A stretch of 64,000 bases of DNA, from assembly GCA_001303585.1 (NCBI GenBank), contig LJTT01000002.1, positions 5,837-69,836 of the forward strand. Direction: 5' to 3'. Both the position numbers and the translations under genes were made by a program. The number at the start of each line of letters is the position of its first letter. Position 1 is the stretch's first letter. A model generated the notes under the pieces. That model was not told where the DNA came from. It was given only the letters and a program-made list of their open reading frames with translations, and did not search any database. Shown piece after piece: positions 47,744-57,659 of the stretch. This stretch comes from Betaproteobacteria bacterium SG8_41 (GTDB lineage: Bacteria > Pseudomonadota > Gammaproteobacteria > Burkholderiales > SG8-41).

Positions 47744-49174
47744 TCACGGCCGCGCTCCCTCCCTCTTTTCCCCCGTCGCCTCGCCTTCGAGGGCAAACGC
47801 CCTGACGATCCGCTCCATACGCATGAAGCGCGAGCCTTTGACGAGCACGGTCACCGACGGAGCAAGCCGCTGCTCGATTTCGGCCAGCAGGTCCTCGAGA
47901 CGGTCGAAATGCCGGGCGCCCGTTCCGAAGGCGCGCGCCGCGTGAGCCGAAAGCTCACCCAGCGTGTAGACGCGGTCGACGCCGAGCGCGCGGGCCGCGT
48001 TTCCGATCTCCGTGTGCAACGCCGCCGCATCCGTGCCGAGCTCGCCCATGTCCCCGAGGACCAGCAGCTTCTCCCCGGGTGCCCGGCCGAGCACGGCGAG
48101 CGCCGCGCGCGCGGACTCCGGATTCGCGTTGTAGGTGTCGTCGATCAGCGTTGCACCGTTCACGGCCGCCCTGTATTGCAGCCGCCCCTTCACGCCGGCG
48201 AAACGGCCAAGCCCGGCCGCAATCGTGGCCGCGGGCACTTTCAACGCAACCGCGGCAGCGCTGGCGGCGAGCGCGTTGCGCACATTGTGCAGGCCGGGGG
48301 CTTTGAGTATCGCGGCCGCTTCGCCCAGCGGCGTCTTGAGTACGATTTCGCTATCGAGAAAACGCAGCTTGTAGGCCGCGGTCACGGCCGCCTGGCTCTC
48401 CAGACCGAATTCGATCCGCTTGCGCGCGGCTGCGAGCTCACGAAGGATCGGTGCGTAGCGGTCATCCGCGTTGATCACAGCCGTACCTTCAGGGCCGAGA
48501 CCCTCGAATATCTCTCCCTTCGCGCGCGCGATCTCCTCGACGGAGCCGAAGAACTCGATGTGCGCCGGGCCCACGTTATTCACGAGCGCGACATCCGGCG
48601 CGGCAAGCCGCGCCAGGTAGCGAATCTCCCCGGCGTGATTCATGCCCATCTCGACCACCGCATAGCGGTGGTCCGCCCGCAGCTCGAGCAGCGTGAGGGG
48701 CACGCCGATGTCGTTGTTGAGATTCCCGCGCGTGGCAAGCACGCCGGATTCCGGGTCGGCGGCGCGGGATTCGGCCGTTGCGGTCTCGCGCAGAATGGAA
48801 GCCAGCATTTCCTTCACGGTGGTCTTGCCATTGCTGCCCGTGAGCGCGACCAGCGGCAGCGAGAATTTGCTCCGCCAGTACGCCGCGAGCTGGCCCAGGG
48901 CGAGCCGCGTGTTTCCGACGATCAGGAGCGGCAAGGCGCCCGACTTATCCTGAATTTCCGATCCCGGATCCTGCACCAGCGCGCCGGCTGCACGCTGCTT
49001 CGCGGCCTGCAACAGGAAATCGTGACCGTCGAAGCGCTCCCCCTTGAGCGCCACGAACAACGCGCGCGGCGCGAGTGCGCGCGTGTCGGTGCTGACCGCT
49101 TCGAAAACACGGTCCTCGCCCCGCAGCCGCGCCGAGATCGCCCGCGCCGCTTCTGACAGATGCATCATCGTCAT
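47744..49174 (-). CDS. murF: UDP-N-acetylmuramoyl-tripeptide--D-alanyl-D-alanine ligase
   Basis: The ATG at 49174 overlaps the murE stop (ATGA). VSTDTRAL...LTGSNGKTT...YNANPES. Confidence 0.93.
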   Translation of the reverse strand: MTMMHLSEAARAISARLRGEDRVFEAVSTDTRALAPRALFVALKGERFDGHDFLLQAAKQRAAGALVQDPGSEIQDKSGALPLLIVGNTRLALGQLAAYWRSKFSLPLVALTGSNGKTTVKEMLASILRETATAESRAADPESGVLATRGNLNNDIGVPLTLLELRADHRYAVVEMGMNHAGEIRYLARLAAPDVALVNNVGPAHIEFFGSVEEIARAKGEIFEGLGPEGTAVINADDRYAPILRELAAARKRIEFGLESQAAVTAAYKLRFLDSEIVLKTPLGEAAAILKAPGLHNVRNALAASAAAVALKVPAATIAAGLGRFAGVKGRLQYRAAVNGATLIDDTYNANPESARAALAVLGRAPGEKLLVLGDMGELGTDAAALHTEIGNAARALGVDRVYTLGELSAHAARAFGTGARHFDRLEDLLAEIEQRLAPSVTVLVKGSRFMRMERIVRAFALEGEATGEKREGARP

Positions 49175-50676
49175 AGGGCTGCGAGCGCCTCCCGCGCCAC
49201 CGCTGCGTCGGAGAAAGGATGCTTCACACCCTCGATCTCCTGGTAGTTCTCGTGGCCCTTGCCTGCGACGAGCACAATATCGCCCCGTTGCGCGCCGGCG
49301 ATCGCGGCCTCGATGGCATCGCGGCGGTCGGCGTTGACACAAAGTTCTCGTTTTCCGCGGCGCGCCCCTTCGAGGATGTCCACGATGATCGCGTGCGGAT
49401 CCTCGCTGCGCGGATTGTCGGAAGTGACCACTACGCTGTCGGCAAGACGCGCAGCGATCCGCCCCATTTGCGGGCGCTTTCCGCGGTCACGGTCACCGCC
49501 GCAACCAAATACGCAGATGAGGCGTGACGGGTGACCGGTGACCGGTGACCGGTGGAGCATGAGCTCGCGCAGGGAGCGCAGCACCTTCTCCAGGGCATCG
49601 GGCGTGTGCGCGTAGTCAACGACCACCAGCGGTTTTGCGCCACCGCCGACCCGCTGCATGCGTCCAGGCAATGGCTTGAGGCGCGCCAGCGCCGCGACAC
49701 CACGCCGCAGCGTGACACCGCTCGCCAGGAGCACCGCGAGTGTGCCCAGCAGGTTGGACGCGTTGAAACGGCCAAGCGCCGGGCTCACGACCCGCGCCGA
49801 TCCCCATGGCGTTTTCACGCGGAAGCTGATTCCGCTCATATCCGTGCGCACGTCGGTGCCGGAAACCAGGATCGCGCGCGTGGCGCGCGCGCTGCCAAAC
49901 CCGTAGCCGATCACTCTGAGTCCCGGCCGCCGGATCCGTCCTGCCAGGTGCACCCCGAACTCGTCATCGAGGTTGACGACCGCGTGCTGCAGCGAATCCC
50001 AGGCAAAGAGCTTCGCCTTCGCCTCGCGATATCGCCGCATCGTGCGGTGGTATTCGAGGTGATCGCGCGAGAGGTTCGTGAACAGCGCAACATCGAACTC
50101 CACGCCGGCGACGCGGTCCTGATCGAGGCCGATCGACGAGACTTCCATGCTGACGGCTTGCGCGCCGCGCCGTGCAAATTCAGCCAGCTGCGAATGCAGC
50201 CAGACGGCGTCCGGCGTAGTGTTCGCCACGGGGCGCAACGGCGGGCGCAGGCCGTATCCGAGCGTGCCAATCACCGCGCAACGCCGTCCCGCGGCGCTCA
50301 GCGCCTGTGCGATCCACTGGCTGCACGTGGTCTTCCCGTTGGTGCCGCTCACCCCGACAACCCACAGCCGGCTGCTCGGCTCGGAGCAGACGCGGCTCGC
50401 GATCTCTCCCGCATACCGGCGCAGGTTTCGCACTGAAAGGTTGGGCACCTTGCAGCGCGCATCCCATGCGTATCCCTTGCGCTCCCATAACACCGAAACT
50501 GCGCCGCGTGCGATCGCTTCGGCAATGAAGTCACGGCCATCGCGTGTTTCGCCCGGGTACGCCACAAAAGTGTCGCCGGGCCTCACCGCACGGCTGTCGC
50601 AGGCAAGCCGGGAAATGCGCAGCGCGTCGACTGCTTTCCAGTCGACCGCTCCGGCCGGTGCGTATTCATGTCTCAA
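49171..50676 (-). CDS. murE: UDP-N-acetylmuramoyl-L-alanyl-D-glutamate--2,6-diaminopimelate ligase
   Basis: VSGTNGKTT...DYAHTPDALEKVL...FGCGGDRDRGKRP...DNPR. Confidence 0.95.
   Translation of the reverse strand: MRHEYAPAGAVDWKAVDALRISRLACDSRAVRPGDTFVAYPGETRDGRDFIAEAIARGAVSVLWERKGYAWDARCKVPNLSVRNLRRYAGEIASRVCSEPSSRLWVVGVSGTNGKTTCSQWIAQALSAAGRRCAVIGTLGYGLRPPLRPVANTTPDAVWLHSQLAEFARRGAQAVSMEVSSIGLDQDRVAGVEFDVALFTNLSRDHLEYHRTMRRYREAKAKLFAWDSLQHAVVNLDDEFGVHLAGRIRRPGLRVIGYGFGSARATRAILVSGTDVRTDMSGISFRVKTPWGSARVVSPALGRFNASNLLGTLAVLLASGVTLRRGVAALARLKPLPGRMQRVGGGAKPLVVVDYAHTPDALEKVLRSLRELMLHRSPVTGHPSRLICVFGCGGDRDRGKRPQMGRIAARLADSVVVTSDNPRSEDPHAIIVDILEGARRGKRELCVNADRRDAIEAAIAGAQRGDIVLVAGKGHENYQEIEGVKHPFSDAAVAREALAAL
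49524..49558. repeat. heptamer array (GTGACCG x3 exact, plus degenerate flanking units) inside the murE coding sequence
   Basis: gtgacgg gtgaccg gtgaccg gtgaccg gtggagc. On the coding strand this encodes LHRSPVTGHPS. Confidence 0.85.
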
Positions 50677-50713
50677 TGCTCGGTCCCCGGTATTGGCTCC
50701 TCGTCCCCTGTTT

Positions 50714-52450
50714 TCACACTTCTTCCTTTAGAACGGGCCCGCCCTCCGGCGGCTGGGCCACGTTGTCCACGGGCGCGTCGTAGTCCACCCCGAGCAGTCG
50801 CAGCCCGCCGGCCACGACCCGCGCAAAGACGGGCGCTGCCACGACTCCGCCAAAATGCTCGCCCAGGGTGGGTTCGTCCAGCATGACGGCGACGATGAGA
50901 CGGGGCTGCGATGCGGGTGCGAATCCAACGAAGCTGGAGATGTACCGGTCCGCGGCGTAGCTTCCACCGATGAGTTTGTGGCTCGTCCCCGTCTTGCCGG
51001 CGACGCGATAGCCGGCGATCTGCGCGCGCATTGCAGTGCCACCCGGCTGCACGACCATTTCCAGCATCCGGCGCACCTGCCGAGCCGTCTTGCGCGAGAT
51101 CACCTGCTGCGAATCTGGCGGCAGCTGCCGCTTGACCATCGACAACGGCTTGAGCTCGCCCTCGGTGGCGAAGATCAGGTAGGCGCGCGCCAGTTGCAGC
51201 AAGGAGACCGAGACGCCGTGGCCGTAAGAGATGGTTGCATGCTCGATCGGGCGCCAGGTCGCAGCCGCGCGCAGCTTGCCGGACACCTCGCCCGGGAAAC
51301 CCGAGTGCGGCGCGGTGCCGAATCCAACCTTGTTGAAAAGGGCCCACAACTTCTGCGGCTCCATGCCGAGCGCCATCTTGGCGGTACCGACATTGGAGGA
51401 TTTCTGGATCACCTGCGCCACCGTCAGCGCACCGTGCGGGTGGGCATCGTGGATCACCCGGTTACCGATCGCGAGCTGTCCCGGCGCGGTCTGGATCACG
51501 CTTTCCGGTTTCACGGCGCCGGCCTCGAGCGCTGCGGCCACCGTGAACGGCTTCAGGGTCGAGCCCGGTTCGAACAGGTCGGTCACGGCGCGATTGCGTG
51601 TGCGCCGCGGGTCGAGCTTGCCCCGATTGTTGGGATTGAATGAGGGCGCGTTGGCCATCGCCAGCACTTCGCCCGTCTCGACGTCGAGCACCACGATGCC
51701 ACCGGCCTTGGCGCGGTGCCCCGCCACCGCTGACTTCAGTTCCCGGTAGGCGAGGTACTGAATGCGGGCATCGATTGACAGTCTGAGCGTGCTGCCGTCC
51801 CGCGGCGTACGGATGCTCTCGACGTCTTCCACGATCTGGCCGAGACGATCCTTTATCACCCGCCGGCTGCCGGGCTGGCCCGCGAGCACGTTGTCGAAAG
51901 CGAGCTCGAGCGCTTCCTGCCCCCGGTCATCGACATTCGTGAAGCCGATGAGGTGCGCGATCACCTCGCCGGCCGGATAGTAGCGGCGGTATTCGCGCTG
52001 AAGGAAAACGCCCGGCATGCCGAGCGCAACCACCCGCGCGGCATCCTCCGGGGCAAGCTGGCGCTTGAGATACACGAACTCGCGCCGGGTGTCCTTCAAG
52101 CGATGCTCCAGTTCGGAGCGCTTGAGGCCAAGCAAGCGTGCCAGTCGCGCGCGCTGCTGCGGCGTGGCCTCGACGTCCGCCGGGCTGGCCGCCACCGACT
52201 CCACCGGCGTTGAGATAGCGAGCGGCTCATCGTTGCGGTCGACGATCCGGCCGCGCGTCGCGCTGATCTCGATGACGCGCGTGAAACGGGACTCGCCTTT
52301 TTGCTGCAAGAAGTCGTTGTGCAGCCCCTGGAGATAGAGCGCGCGTCCCGCAAGCCCGCCAAAACACGCCATGAGCAGCACCAGCAGCAGCCGTGAGCGC
52401 CATGTCGGCAGACGCAGCGGCGGCGCACGGCGGCGGGCCGCCGGGCTCAT
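50714..52450 (-). CDS. ftsI: peptidoglycan D,D-transpeptidase FtsI (PBP3)
   Basis: The internal ATG at 52450 overlaps the ftsL stop (ATGA). A TM helix is followed by the STLKP active-site motif (EPGSTLKPF), SSN and KTGT motifs. Confidence 0.93.
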   Translation of the reverse strand: MSPAARRRAPPLRLPTWRSRLLLVLLMACFGGLAGRALYLQGLHNDFLQQKGESRFTRVIEISATRGRIVDRNDEPLAISTPVESVAASPADVEATPQQRARLARLLGLKRSELEHRLKDTRREFVYLKRQLAPEDAARVVALGMPGVFLQREYRRYYPAGEVIAHLIGFTNVDDRGQEALELAFDNVLAGQPGSRRVIKDRLGQIVEDVESIRTPRDGSTLRLSIDARIQYLAYRELKSAVAGHRAKAGGIVVLDVETGEVLAMANAPSFNPNNRGKLDPRRTRNRAVTDLFEPGSTLKPFTVAAALEAGAVKPESVIQTAPGQLAIGNRVIHDAHPHGALTVAQVIQKSSNVGTAKMALGMEPQKLWALFNKVGFGTAPHSGFPGEVSGKLRAAATWRPIEHATISYGHGVSVSLLQLARAYLIFATEGELKPLSMVKRQLPPDSQQVISRKTARQVRRMLEMVVQPGGTAMRAQIAGYRVAGKTGTSHKLIGGSYAADRYISSFVGFAPASQPRLIVAVMLDEPTLGEHFGGVVAAPVFARVVAGGLRLLGVDYDAPVDNVAQPPEGGPVLKEEV

Positions 52451-52728
52451 CGCTTCTCCTCCGCGGCCGCTGGCGCGATGACGCGCACGCGCGCGGCAGG
52501 CGGCACCTGCATACCAAGCGCCCGGGTTGCGATCTTCTCGATGCGCGCGTGCATGGCCCAGGTGCCCTGCTCGAGTTGCAGCTGCCCCCATTCGACCTCC
52601 AGCTGCCGGGCGACATCCTGTTCCTTCTGCAGCTCCACGTAGAGCTTGCGCGAACGGTGCTGCGAGGTCACCAGCGCCAGCGCGCAAGCGATGAGGACCG
52701 CAAACAAGATCAAGTTCACTCTGACCAT
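52447..52728 (-). CDS. ftsL: cell division protein FtsL
   Basis: 93 aa with an N-terminal TM helix and then a coiled coil (LYVELQKEQDVARQLEVEWGQLQLEQ). Lies between rsmH and ftsI. Confidence 0.88.
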   Translation of the reverse strand: MVRVNLILFAVLIACALALVTSQHRSRKLYVELQKEQDVARQLEVEWGQLQLEQGTWAMHARIEKIATRALGMQVPPAARVRVIAPAAAEEKR

Positions 52729-52729
52729 G

Positions 52730-53668
52730 CTAGCGCTCCGAGTCCGCCAATCTCTCGGCGACGCGCATGATCGCGCTGCGCGCGCGCGGATTCGCCGCGA
52801 CTTCTTCGCTGGAGGGCTTCACGGTGCGGCCCATAAGGCGCAGGCGCGGCTGCGGCAGATCACGTGCCCGTACCGGCAGGCGCGCGGGCAGGCGGTCAGG
52901 GCGGCTTTCCTCGCGCAGGAAGCGCTTCACGATGCGATCCTCGAGCGAGTGAAAGCTGATCACCACGAGACGCCCGCCCGGGGCGAGCAACTCTACGCTT
53001 TGAGGCAGGGCTAGCGACAATTCCTCAAGCTCCTGATTGACGTGAATCCGTAAAGCTTGAAACGTGCGCGTCGCCGGGTCCTGGTTTGGTTCGCGCGTGG
53101 GAACGGCTTTTGCCACGATCGCGGCAAGTTCTCGTGTGGAGCCAACAGGTCCCCGCGCTCGAGCCGCAACAATCGCTGCTGCAATCTGTTTAGCAAACCG
53201 TTCTTCGCCATACGTTTTTATTACCTCCCGGATTTCTTGCTCGGGTGCATGCGCCAGCCAGTCCGCGGCCGTGCGGCCGCTGCCCGGATCCATGCGCATA
53301 TCGAGCGGGGCATCGAATCGAAAGCTGAAACCGCGCGCCGCCTCCTCGAGCTGTGGCGAGGAGACGCCGAGATCGAGCAGGATCCCGTCCGCCTGGGCAA
53401 CGCCCGCCCGAGCAGCGAGTTCGGCAAGCCGGCTGAACCGGCCATGCAGCATGCGAAAGCGCCCGTCTCCAATCTCTCCTCCGGCGGACACCGCCTGTGG
53501 ATCGCGATCGAGCGCAACGAGCCTGCCGTTCGTTCCCAGCCGCGCCAGGATCAAACGGCTGTGTCCGCCGCGCCCGAATGTGCAATCGACGTAGATTCCG
53601 TCGCTGCGCACATTCAATCCATCTACTGCTTCCTCCAGCAAAACCGCGGTATGTGAGCGCACGCTCAC
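52730..53668 (-). CDS. rsmH: 16S rRNA (cytosine1402-N4)-methyltransferase
   Basis: [13 protein letters not shown]...[12 protein letters not shown]...[10 protein letters not shown]...[11 protein letters not shown]. Confidence 0.95.
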   Translation of the reverse strand: MSVRSHTAVLLEEAVDGLNVRSDGIYVDCTFGRGGHSRLILARLGTNGRLVALDRDPQAVSAGGEIGDGRFRMLHGRFSRLAELAARAGVAQADGILLDLGVSSPQLEEAARGFSFRFDAPLDMRMDPGSGRTAADWLAHAPEQEIREVIKTYGEERFAKQIAAAIVAARARGPVGSTRELAAIVAKAVPTREPNQDPATRTFQALRIHVNQELEELSLALPQSVELLAPGGRLVVISFHSLEDRIVKRFLREESRPDRLPARLPVRARDLPQPRLRLMGRTVKPSSEEVAANPRARSAIMRVAERLADSER

Positions 53669-54111
53669 AAGGAGAAGCCCTCCAGCTCAGGCGGCAATCC
53701 GCCCGCACCGAAACCGCCGGTCCGTTCCATCAGTTGCTCCCAGTTGTCCTCGTTCCAGAGCTCGAACCTGTTGCCTTGGCCGACGAGGACGACGTTCTTC
53801 TCGAGGTGCGCGTAGCTGCGCAGCGCCGGGGACACAAGGATGCGCGCGGTCGCGTCCATCTGGACGTCTTCGGCGTAACCGACCAGTCGCCGCTGCAGTT
53901 CCCGTATTTGCGCATTGAAGCTCGAGAGCGACATGAGCTTCTGCTCGATGGGCTCCCAGTCCGGCAGGGGATAAATCAGGACGCAGCGATCCGAGTCGGC
54001 CGTAAGCACGAGATGGCCGCTGCAGCGCGCGACCAACGCATCGCGATGGCGGGCGGGCACCGCCAGTCGGCCTTTGTTGTCCAGGTTGAGCTGTGTGACG
54101 CCGCGAAACAC
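53665..54111 (-). CDS. mraZ: transcriptional regulator MraZ
   Basis: [23 protein letters not shown] plus a second SpoVT/AbrB-like repeat. It is the first gene of the dcw cluster. Confidence 0.95.
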   Translation of the reverse strand: MFRGVTQLNLDNKGRLAVPARHRDALVARCSGHLVLTADSDRCVLIYPLPDWEPIEQKLMSLSSFNAQIRELQRRLVGYAEDVQMDATARILVSPALRSYAHLEKNVVLVGQGNRFELWNEDNWEQLMERTGGFGAGGLPPELEGFSL

Positions 54112-54170
54112 GAGTCCCCTTTATTCCGCAGAAAATGATGTCTCCCGCACTTCGGCAAAAAAGACAGCAT

Positions 54171-54199
54171 GTCCCACATTTCTCCACTTCTTCCCACTA
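54171..54199 (-). promoter_or_regulatory. MraZ operator: three GTGG(G/A) boxes at exact 10-bp spacing
   Basis: The minus strand reads aGTGGGAagaaGTGGAGaaatGTGGGAc, 60-88 nt upstream of the mraZ ATG. This matches the known triple TGGGN direct-repeat MraZ site of E. coli. Confidence 0.7.
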
Positions 54200-54224
54200 T
54201 ATTGAAAAGGATTTGGAGGGTCAA
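54196..54224 (-). promoter_or_regulatory. putative Pmra sigma70 promoter (TTGACC-N17-TATAGT)
   Basis: On the minus strand, TTGACC lies at 54224-54219 and TATAGT at 54201-54196, with a 17-nt spacer. The -10 overlaps the first MraZ box. Confidence 0.55.
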
Positions 54225-54439
54225 GGGAGACCAGGCCGGTTTCTTTATTTAGGACAAAGACTTATGAGGCATAGCTGAGACGGGGCGGTAGTTTTGAAAT
54301 TGCGTTCAATTACCATTTTTAAACATGAAGTTAAAATAAGAATATGACAAATGACTTTAAGATTTTGCTCCGGCCGTACGGCGCGTTTCGTGAAATAAGT
54401 CCTGTTGCAGCAGACCAACAACGGAGATGGGAAACCGAA

Positions 54440-54977
<538 letters not shown>

Positions 54978-55032
54978 CAATGCAAATCTTACTCTTTTGA
55001 CGCGCCGGCGCCGCGAAGGTTGCAGGCGCGTT

Positions 55033-55656
55033 TCAACCCGGCGCGGACGGATGCAAGGCGCGCACGGCTGCGAGCACGCCCAGCAGATTGTGATCGCGCA
55101 CGCCGAGCTCGGTGAGGTGGTCGATGGTGCGCGTGAGGTAGTCGATGTTGGATCCCCGTTCGCCGTGGCACGTTGCCACGAGTCGCGCAGTTTCCTCGAC
55201 TGAAAGCCGCCCGGCGTACCCGGGATGTTCGACATTCGCGACGAACGTCAGCACGCGTGTCTCATGTCCGGCAAGCCGCGCGCGCATGAGACGAGGCTCG
55301 TACACCCGCCGGCGCATTTCGCGCGCCCAGAGACCCGTGAGCGCCGTGTCGACGTCGTCCGTGGCGACCTGATACGCAATGCCGCGGCAGGCGCCACCAC
55401 GGTCGAGGCCCAGAACAAGACCCGGCCGCCTCGCCGTGCCACGCCACCGCGTCGAATAGACGCATAGTGCGCGGTGATAACCGTATACCAGCGCGGGCGC
55501 CCACTTCACATAGGGGAAACCCGGATCCCACATGAGCGATCCGTAGCCGAAAACCCACAGCTCGCCGGGTGGCAGCGCGAACTCCGATGGATGGGGAATC
55601 GGGAAAGCATCCCGGGCAGCGGCGTGCGCTGCATCCTCAACATCTGCCCGGCGCAT
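55033..55656 (-). CDS. ChaC-like gamma-glutamylcyclotransferase
   Basis: The internal ATG at 55656 gives a 207-aa product with the motif WVFGYGSLMWDPGF. Confidence 0.8.
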   Translation of the reverse strand: MRRADVEDAAHAAARDAFPIPHPSEFALPPGELWVFGYGSLMWDPGFPYVKWAPALVYGYHRALCVYSTRWRGTARRPGLVLGLDRGGACRGIAYQVATDDVDTALTGLWAREMRRRVYEPRLMRARLAGHETRVLTFVANVEHPGYAGRLSVEETARLVATCHGERGSNIDYLTRTIDHLTELGVRDHNLLGVLAAVRALHPSAPG

Positions 55657-55660
55657 CGGC

Positions 55661-56692
55661 TTAAGCGAGCCGCCAATCCACGGCGGAGCCGGCGCGGAAC
55701 GGCACCAACGCGTCCGTGCCGAAGGCGATCTCGGCTGGAACCGACCATGGCTCATCAACCAGCTCAATCACGTCGCTATTGACCGGCAATCCGTAAAATG
55801 CCGCACCGTGGCGGCTCGCAAACCCTTCGAGTTTCCCGAGTGCGCCCGCGGCGGCAAAGACCTCGCAATAGAGCTCGATGCCGGCGTGTGCCGTGTAAAT
55901 GCCGGCACAGCCGCAGTCGGTCTCCTTCGTCGCGCGCGCGTGCGGTGCGCTATCGGTGCCCAGGAAGAACTTGGGATTTCCGCTGATGGCGGCCTGCACC
56001 AGAGCCGCTCGATGCGATTCGCGTTTCAGCAGCGGCAGGCAATAGTGATGCGGGCGCATCCCGCCGGCGAACAGCGCGTTGCGGCTGAGCAGGAGGTGAT
56101 GCGCTGTGATGGTCGCTGCGACCTGCGCTGGCGCCTGCGTCACGAAATCTGCTGCCTCGCGTGTCGTGATGTGCTCCATGACAAGTCGCAGCCCCGGAAA
56201 GCGCCGGGCGAGCGGCGCGAGCACCCGCTCGATGAACACGCGCTCGCGGTCGAACACGTCGACGCCGGGGTCAGTGACCTCACCGTGCACCAGCAGTGGC
56301 ATGCCGTGCTTCTCCATGGCTTCGATCACGCGGTGACACCTGGCAAGATCGGTTACACCCGAATCCGAGTTGGTCGTCGCGCCTGCCGGGTAATATTTGA
56401 CGGCGTGCACGAAGGTGCTGGCACGCGCTTCCGCGATCTCCTCCGGCTGCGTGTTGTCCGTGAGGTAAAGCGTCATCAGCGGCTCGAACCTGGCGCCGGC
56501 CGGCATGGCCGCGAGAATACGTTCGCGGTACGCCAGGGCCATTCCGGTCGTCGTCACTGGCGGCCTGAGGTTGGGCATCACGATGGCGCGCGCGAAGCGC
56601 CGCGCCGTATCCGGCAGCACGGCGCGAAGATGCTCGCCGTCGCGCAGGTGCAGGTGCCAGTCGTCGGGGCGGATGATCGTGATGCGCGTCAT
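55661..56692 (-). CDS. pyrC: dihydroorotase (homodimeric class II type)
   Basis: [14 protein letters not shown]...MPNL...[11 protein letters not shown]...HGE...CLP(L)LK...GTDSAPH. Confidence 0.93.
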   Translation of the reverse strand: MTRITIIRPDDWHLHLRDGEHLRAVLPDTARRFARAIVMPNLRPPVTTTGMALAYRERILAAMPAGARFEPLMTLYLTDNTQPEEIAEARASTFVHAVKYYPAGATTNSDSGVTDLARCHRVIEAMEKHGMPLLVHGEVTDPGVDVFDRERVFIERVLAPLARRFPGLRLVMEHITTREAADFVTQAPAQVAATITAHHLLLSRNALFAGGMRPHHYCLPLLKRESHRAALVQAAISGNPKFFLGTDSAPHARATKETDCGCAGIYTAHAGIELYCEVFAAAGALGKLEGFASRHGAAFYGLPVNSDVIELVDEPWSVPAEIAFGTDALVPFRAGSAVDWRLA

Positions 56693-56696
56693 TGCG

Positions 56697-56795
56697 CGGG
56701 GAATAGTAAATGGGGAATGGGGAATAGTAAAACCAGGCGCGCGCGCAGATCAGTCATTCGCACTTCGCACTTCCCATTTCCTATTTCCCATGTCC
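56697..56795. repeat. hairpin with GGGGAAT-type repeat arms between pyrC and rsmI
   Basis: ggggaatagtaaatggggaatggggaatag faces cacttcgcacttcccatttcctatttcccat. Confidence 0.75.
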
Positions 56796-57659
56796 TTTCA
56801 GCGTCAGCGCAAGCTTGTAGAGCTCGTTCCGGCGGCCGCCCGTCAATTTCACCGTCAGATCCACTGCCTGCTTGACTGGCAGCTCGGCGAGCAGCACCTC
56901 CAGCGTCCGGCGCCCCTCACTGGAATCCTCTGTCAGTGCCGCCGCGCCTTCAACAAGCAGGACGAATTCCCCGCGGCGGCGATTTGCGTCAGCCTCGACC
57001 CATTGCGGGGCCAGCGCCAGCGTGCAGACGTGGATCGACTCAAAGGCCTTGGTAAGCTCGCGCGCGATGACCACGCGCCGGGCCGCGCCCAGTACCTCGC
57101 TCATGTCGTGCAGGCACTCGGCGATCCGATGCGGCGCCTCGTAGAAAACGAGGGTATAGGGCAGCGCTGCGAGCGCGGCAAGCGCGCGCCGGCGCGCGCC
57201 GCCCTTCGACGGAAGAAATCCGAAAAACAGGAAATGCGGCGTCTCGAGACCCGCCGCGGCAAGCGCGGTGACTGCCGCATTGGCGCCCGGCACCGGGGTC
57301 ACGCTGTATCCGGCGTCCCGCACTGCCGATACCAGCACGGCACCGGGATCGGATATGGCCGGCGTTCCCGCGTCGCACACGAGAGCAAGCGATCGGCCCG
57401 CGCCGAGCAAGGCCAGCGCCTGTTTCACGGCACGCCGCTCGTTGTGCTCGTGCACGGCGATCAGCCGCTTGGGGATGCCGTAGTGATCGAGCAGCCGCCG
57501 CGTGATCCGGGTGTCCTCCGCGGCGATCGCGTCGGCGCTCTTCAATACGTCGAGCGCGCGCAAACTGATGTCCCGCAGATTTCCAATCGGGGTGGCCACT
57601 ACATATAATGTCGGTTCCCGTTTCCGATTGGTTGCCTCATGCGCTGCGGCGTGCTCCAT
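56781..57659 (-). CDS. rsmI: 16S rRNA (cytidine1402-2'-O)-methyltransferase
   Basis: LYVVATPIGNLRDISLRAL...DAGTPAISDPG (tetrapyrrole-methylase fold). Divergent from lpoA, as in Pseudomonas. Confidence 0.92.
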   Translation of the reverse strand: MEHAAAHEATNRKREPTLYVVATPIGNLRDISLRALDVLKSADAIAAEDTRITRRLLDHYGIPKRLIAVHEHNERRAVKQALALLGAGRSLALVCDAGTPAISDPGAVLVSAVRDAGYSVTPVPGANAAVTALAAAGLETPHFLFFGFLPSKGGARRRALAALAALPYTLVFYEAPHRIAECLHDMSEVLGAARRVVIARELTKAFESIHVCTLALAPQWVEADANRRRGEFVLLVEGAAALTEDSSEGRRTLEVLLAELPVKQAVDLTVKLTGGRRNELYKLALTLKGHGK

